Of a stretch of 20,000 nt of DNA, positions 16,991 through 20,000 are shown piece after piece. The translations under genes and the position numbers were made by a program. This DNA comes from an uncultured virus (IMG/VR IMGVR_UViG_3300021957_005284) (lineage: Duplodnaviria; Heunggongvirae; Uroviricota; Caudoviricetes): IMG/VR virus record IMGVR_UViG_3300021957_005284; one strand, given 5' to 3'. The notes under the pieces were generated by a model that ran no database searches, was not told the DNA's origin, and saw only the letters and a list, made by a program, of their open reading frames with translations. Every line of letters begins with the position of its first letter. Position 1 is the stretch's first letter.

Positions 16991-17710
16991 TATTTCTACA
17001 CGAATATCTTTAAACATTTCAAATCCTCTCTCATCAAGATGCTGTCTACCTTCTGTTATCATTCTATCCCAACCACAATAATATACCCAAGGCTTTGTAT
17101 CAACACTCCAATCAATCAAATTTAGATAATGTTCATGTACATATCCATTTTTAAATCCTGGCTTATCTTCTCTTGATAATACAGGTACATATTCAAAGTT
17201 TGGTAATTCCTTTTGTATCTTTTCTAATTCTTTTCTATAAAGTAAATCACCTTCGGTTCGAGTACCAAAGAATAATTTTATATTTTTAAATGGAATTTTC
17301 TTTTGATGAAGATAATTTATCATTGAACGAAATGGTGAGATACCAGAACCAGTTGATACAAAATAGATATCTCTATCTATTAGATTATCTGGTAAAGTAA
17401 ATACTCCCATTGGTCCTTTGTATCCAAATTCATCTCCTATTTTACATTCCTTAAAAAGGTATTCACTCATTTGACCACCTGATAAATAAGTTACAATTAA
17501 TTCAAACTTATTTGAATTATCAGGATAACTTGCAACTGAATAATTTCTTTGTATTGCATTTCCACCTTCACTTGGAGCATATGGTTTAGCTACTAATTGT
17601 ACAAGTTGACCTGGTATAAAATTTATATTATCATAAAGAGGCGATTCAAATATAAATCTCCAATTTGATTTTGTTTCTTTTATTATATCTACTAAAACTG
17701 CTATATCCAT
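16982..17710 (-). CDS. FAD/NAD(P)-binding oxidoreductase, ferredoxin-NADP reductase family
   Basis: FIPGQ, RNYSVAS, GQMSEYL, GPMGVF, TGSGISPFRSM, YYCG, terminal EIFG. Confidence 0.92.
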   Translation of the reverse strand: MDIAVLVDIIKETKSNWRFIFESPLYDNINFIPGQLVQLVAKPYAPSEGGNAIQRNYSVASYPDNSNKFELIVTYLSGGQMSEYLFKECKIGDEFGYKGPMGVFTLPDNLIDRDIYFVSTGSGISPFRSMINYLHQKKIPFKNIKLFFGTRTEGDLLYRKELEKIQKELPNFEYVPVLSREDKPGFKNGYVHEHYLNLIDWSVDTKPWVYYCGWDRMITEGRQHLDERGFEMFKDIRVEIFG

Positions 17711-17711
17711 T

Positions 17712-18308
17712 TTAAAATTGTAATTCTTTTAATATTTTTTTGAAGTTTTCAAATCCTATTGCTGCATTTTCTTCCCATGTATCTATGTTACCATCATCAC
17801 TAACCCATTTAAAAGATTTGTAATCCACTCCAAATTCTTTACAAACATATGCAAGTGAATAACATTCCATATCTACGATATCACATTTGTTAATCATTTC
17901 TAAATATTTTTCTGCATAATCACTTCGTGTATTATCATAAATTTGGTCTGTTGTAAAACATTTTATTCCACTTTCAGATAATTTTATTTCACAACTATCA
18001 CTCTCAGGTGTACATCCATATTCTGCAAATGGTCTTACATCTATATTATTGTAAACTGTTCCAACTTCTATTACCTCACCAACTTTGTAATCTTTTAGAT
18101 TTCCACAAGAACCAAAGTTAATAACTATTTTTGGTTTTTTTTCTTGAATTAATTTTGTTAAATTCATTGCAGAATTTATTTTTCCAATACCTGTCTGAAA
18201 TATTTGATAATTATTTAGTTTATCTAAACCACCATGTTCTAGTGGGGTTGCTGATACTAAAATTATCTTATCATCACTCGTTCTTAATAAACTATCATCA
18301 GTCCACAT
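17712..18308 (-). CDS. mtnN: MTA/SAH nucleosidase (PNP/UDP family)
   Basis: GIGKINSA, INFGSCG, VDMECYSLAYVC, KWVSD. Confidence 0.82.
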   Translation of the reverse strand: MWTDDSLLRTSDDKIILVSATPLEHGGLDKLNNYQIFQTGIGKINSAMNLTKLIQEKKPKIVINFGSCGNLKDYKVGEVIEVGTVYNNIDVRPFAEYGCTPESDSCEIKLSESGIKCFTTDQIYDNTRSDYAEKYLEMINKCDIVDMECYSLAYVCKEFGVDYKSFKWVSDDGNIDTWEENAAIGFENFKKILKELQF

Positions 18309-18801
18309 ATTGTACTATACTTTTTACATCATATCCATCGTACAATCCAATATCCATAAAACAAATTTTATCAATTACATCTAATCCTACCATTTTACAC
18401 AAATCTTCTGCTGCTTTAATAGTACCACCAGTTGCAAGTACATCATCTACAATTACGCAACTTCCTAAATCGTGTTGTGGAATACTTGCCATTTCTAATT
18501 CGTCCTTTCCATATTCTAAACCATACTTTACTGATACCAGTTGTCTGTTTGGTAATTTTCCTTTTTTTCTTACGATTCTAACCCCACCACCATATACAAG
18601 TGCAAGTGCTGATGCAAATAAGAATCCTCGTGATTCTACACCAACCCAATATTTTACATTTCTGTAATCAACCAATCTACCCATATCTTTTACTACATCC
18701 ATAAATACAGTTGAATCAGCGAGTAGTGGTTGTATATCTCTGTATAATATACCATCAATGGGAAAATTTGGTATATCATTTATGTAATCTTTATAATTCA
18801 T
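18298..18801 (-). CDS. apt: Adenine phosphoribosyltransferase
   Basis: IPNFPIDGILYRDIQPLL, GVESRGF, RKKGKLP, YGLEYG, IVDDVLATGGT. Confidence 0.95.
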   Translation of the reverse strand: MNYKDYINDIPNFPIDGILYRDIQPLLADSTVFMDVVKDMGRLVDYRNVKYWVGVESRGFLFASALALVYGGGVRIVRKKGKLPNRQLVSVKYGLEYGKDELEMASIPQHDLGSCVIVDDVLATGGTIKAAEDLCKMVGLDVIDKICFMDIGLYDGYDVKSIVQYVD

Positions 18802-18803
18802 AT

Positions 18804-19121
18804 TTATTTTTTCAAACTAAGATATTCTTGAATTTTTTCTGAAAATAAAATATCATACACCTTTTTACCAACTTCACTTGGTTCAATAGTAATATGGGAT
18901 GATGCGTATTGAATTGCATCAATAATATCTGATTCAGAGTATAAAGGTTTAGCTTTATCTATTTCTGCATTTACAAATTGAACATAATCTTCAGATTCTT
19001 TCCATTGTTTGAATTGATAATCATAATCATTTCGCATCATTAATTCATTATCAATATCTTCTTGATTTATTTCAAAATCAAATTGAAAATCTACATCAAA
19101 TAAATCTTTAGTTCTTCCCAT
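18804..19121 (-). CDS. Acidic hypothetical protein
   Basis: ORF track; coupled to apt. Confidence 0.7.
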   Translation of the reverse strand: MGRTKDLFDVDFQFDFEINQEDIDNELMMRNDYDYQFKQWKESEDYVQFVNAEIDKAKPLYSESDIIDAIQYASSHITIEPSEVGKKVYDILFSEKIQEYLSLKK

Positions 19122-19239
19122 CTTTTAAATTTTTCATCTGTGTTTCTGAAAGTATTCCTCTTTTTTCGGTTTTATCATCAGTTGGTATGGAATACTTTTT
19201 TACCAACTCTTCTAACCAATCTTCTTTATTTTTGCTCAT
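19108..19239 (-). CDS. Small hypothetical protein (43 aa)
   Basis: Manual translation MSKNKEDWLEELVKKYSIPTDDKTEKRGILSETQMKNLKDGKN*; overlaps both neighbours. Confidence 0.6.
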   Translation of the reverse strand: MSKNKEDWLEELVKKYSIPTDDKTEKRGILSETQMKNLKDGKN

Positions 19240-19387
19240 TCGTAACTATTTCTATTGCTTCTTCTATATTATCTAATGATGATTCTATTTCAGTTCCATC
19301 GGAATAAGTTAAATCCCAAGAACCATCTCGTAACATCTCAAAATCTTCTCTGAGAGTTTCTAAAATTTCTAATAATCTTTTATTCAT
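19226..19387 (-). CDS. Hypothetical protein (likely start 19387 MNKRLL)
   Basis: ORF track 19226-19420; the internal ATG overlaps the upstream stop. Confidence 0.65.
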   Translation of the reverse strand: MNKRLLEILETLREDFEMLRDGSWDLTYSDGTEIESSLDNIEEAIEIVTNEQK

Positions 19388-19682
19388 ATCTTTTTGGAAA
19401 AACGTTTGTATAAGAATCACCCCATTGATTTTTAAACTCTTTTAAAAACCAATTTCTTGCTTCCAACAAAAATTGTTTTTGTTCTCTATCATCATACTCA
19501 CCTTCTTCTCGTATATTACCCAATACCCGTCTGAAGTTTTGGATTCCCTTTCTACCTTCAAATTTCCATGTATCCAATTGAATTTCAGTAATTTTTGGTT
19601 TTTTTCGTTGGTTCATCCACATATGAGAGAATCTGATAAAATCAGTAATTAGTTCTCTTTGGTGCTCATCTATTTTATTCAT
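19380..19682 (-). CDS. Hypothetical protein (100 aa)
   Basis: ORF track. Confidence 0.7.
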   Translation of the reverse strand: MNKIDEHQRELITDFIRFSHMWMNQRKKPKITEIQLDTWKFEGRKGIQNFRRVLGNIREEGEYDDREQKQFLLEARNWFLKEFKNQWGDSYTNVFPKRYE

Positions 19683-19806
19683 CTTTTTTTAGTTTTGGAT
19701 TTGGTTTATCACATCCACCACAGGTTTCTCGATATGCTGCATTTAATGAACCACACTCAGTACACCACCATGCATTATCAACTAAGTATCCTGGTTTATA
19801 ATTCAT
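19675..19806 (-). CDS. Small zinc-finger protein, RanBP2-type motif (43 aa)
   Basis: Manual translation MNYKPGYLVDNAWWCTECGSLNAAYRETCGGCDKPNPKLKKDE*; matches W-x-C-x2-C-x3-N-x6-C-x2-C. Confidence 0.75.
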   Translation of the reverse strand: MNYKPGYLVDNAWWCTECGSLNAAYRETCGGCDKPNPKLKKDE

Positions 19807-20000
19807 AGGTTACCTGCATCCATTTTACCATTCTCAATATCTGTTATTAAGAATTTGATTCTTTCAGATGCAATCATTGGAGCATCTTCTTCTAATAGTT
19901 GTAAAATCTGTGAAAGGTTTGACTGAATACACTCATTGTACCTACAAACATAAAAAATATGATTGCAAATACCATAAAGTAATCAATTAATTCAAATTTT

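Noticed and set aside
5450..18667. Plus-strand ORFs (5450, 5586, 6521, 9867, 13308, 15436, 15923, 16498, 18131) and minus-strand 7750-7932
   Set aside because: Antisense or out-of-frame shadows of well-supported genes.
4257..18801. Cellular LPS/capsule operon
   Set aside because: No flippase, polymerase or export genes, many tiny orphan ORFs, and bS21 outside a host context; a phage origin fits better, although no virion gene is present in the window to prove it.
1..20000. Stop-codon recoding, as in some large phages
   Set aside because: Genes are intact and densely packed in the standard code, and TAA, TAG and TGA all terminate genes.

Overview
AT-rich window in which every convincing gene is on the minus strand, tightly packed with many ATGA/TAATG overlaps. 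It reads as part of a large dsDNA phage genome, most likely infecting Bacteroidota (inference from a Bacteroidota-type ribosomal protein bS21 gene and promoters resembling TTG-N19-20-TAnnTTTG). There are three zones. (1) 1-3150: a beta-class DNA methyltransferase (runs off the window edge), bS21 and small hypothetical genes, with a three-copy promoter repeat. One copy appears to drive a ~310-nt ORF-less, highly structured, terminator-ended transcript (candidate ncRNA, ~2345-2655). (2) ~3150-4256: a ~1.1-kb non-coding region with TGACA-N3-TGTCA palindromes, a six-tract G-run cluster and a long fold-back, possibly an origin, terminus or packaging region. (3) 4257-20000: a glycan/small-molecule modification cassette with eight divergent SGNH/GDSL-like proteins, a short DegT aminotransferase, two glycosyltransferase-like proteins, a 2OG-Fe(II) oxygenase, DUF962 and an RfaE-like kinase. 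It is followed by an FNR-type reductase, MTA/SAH nucleosidase, APRT and small proteins. All calls come from motif recognition by eye; no database searches were run.
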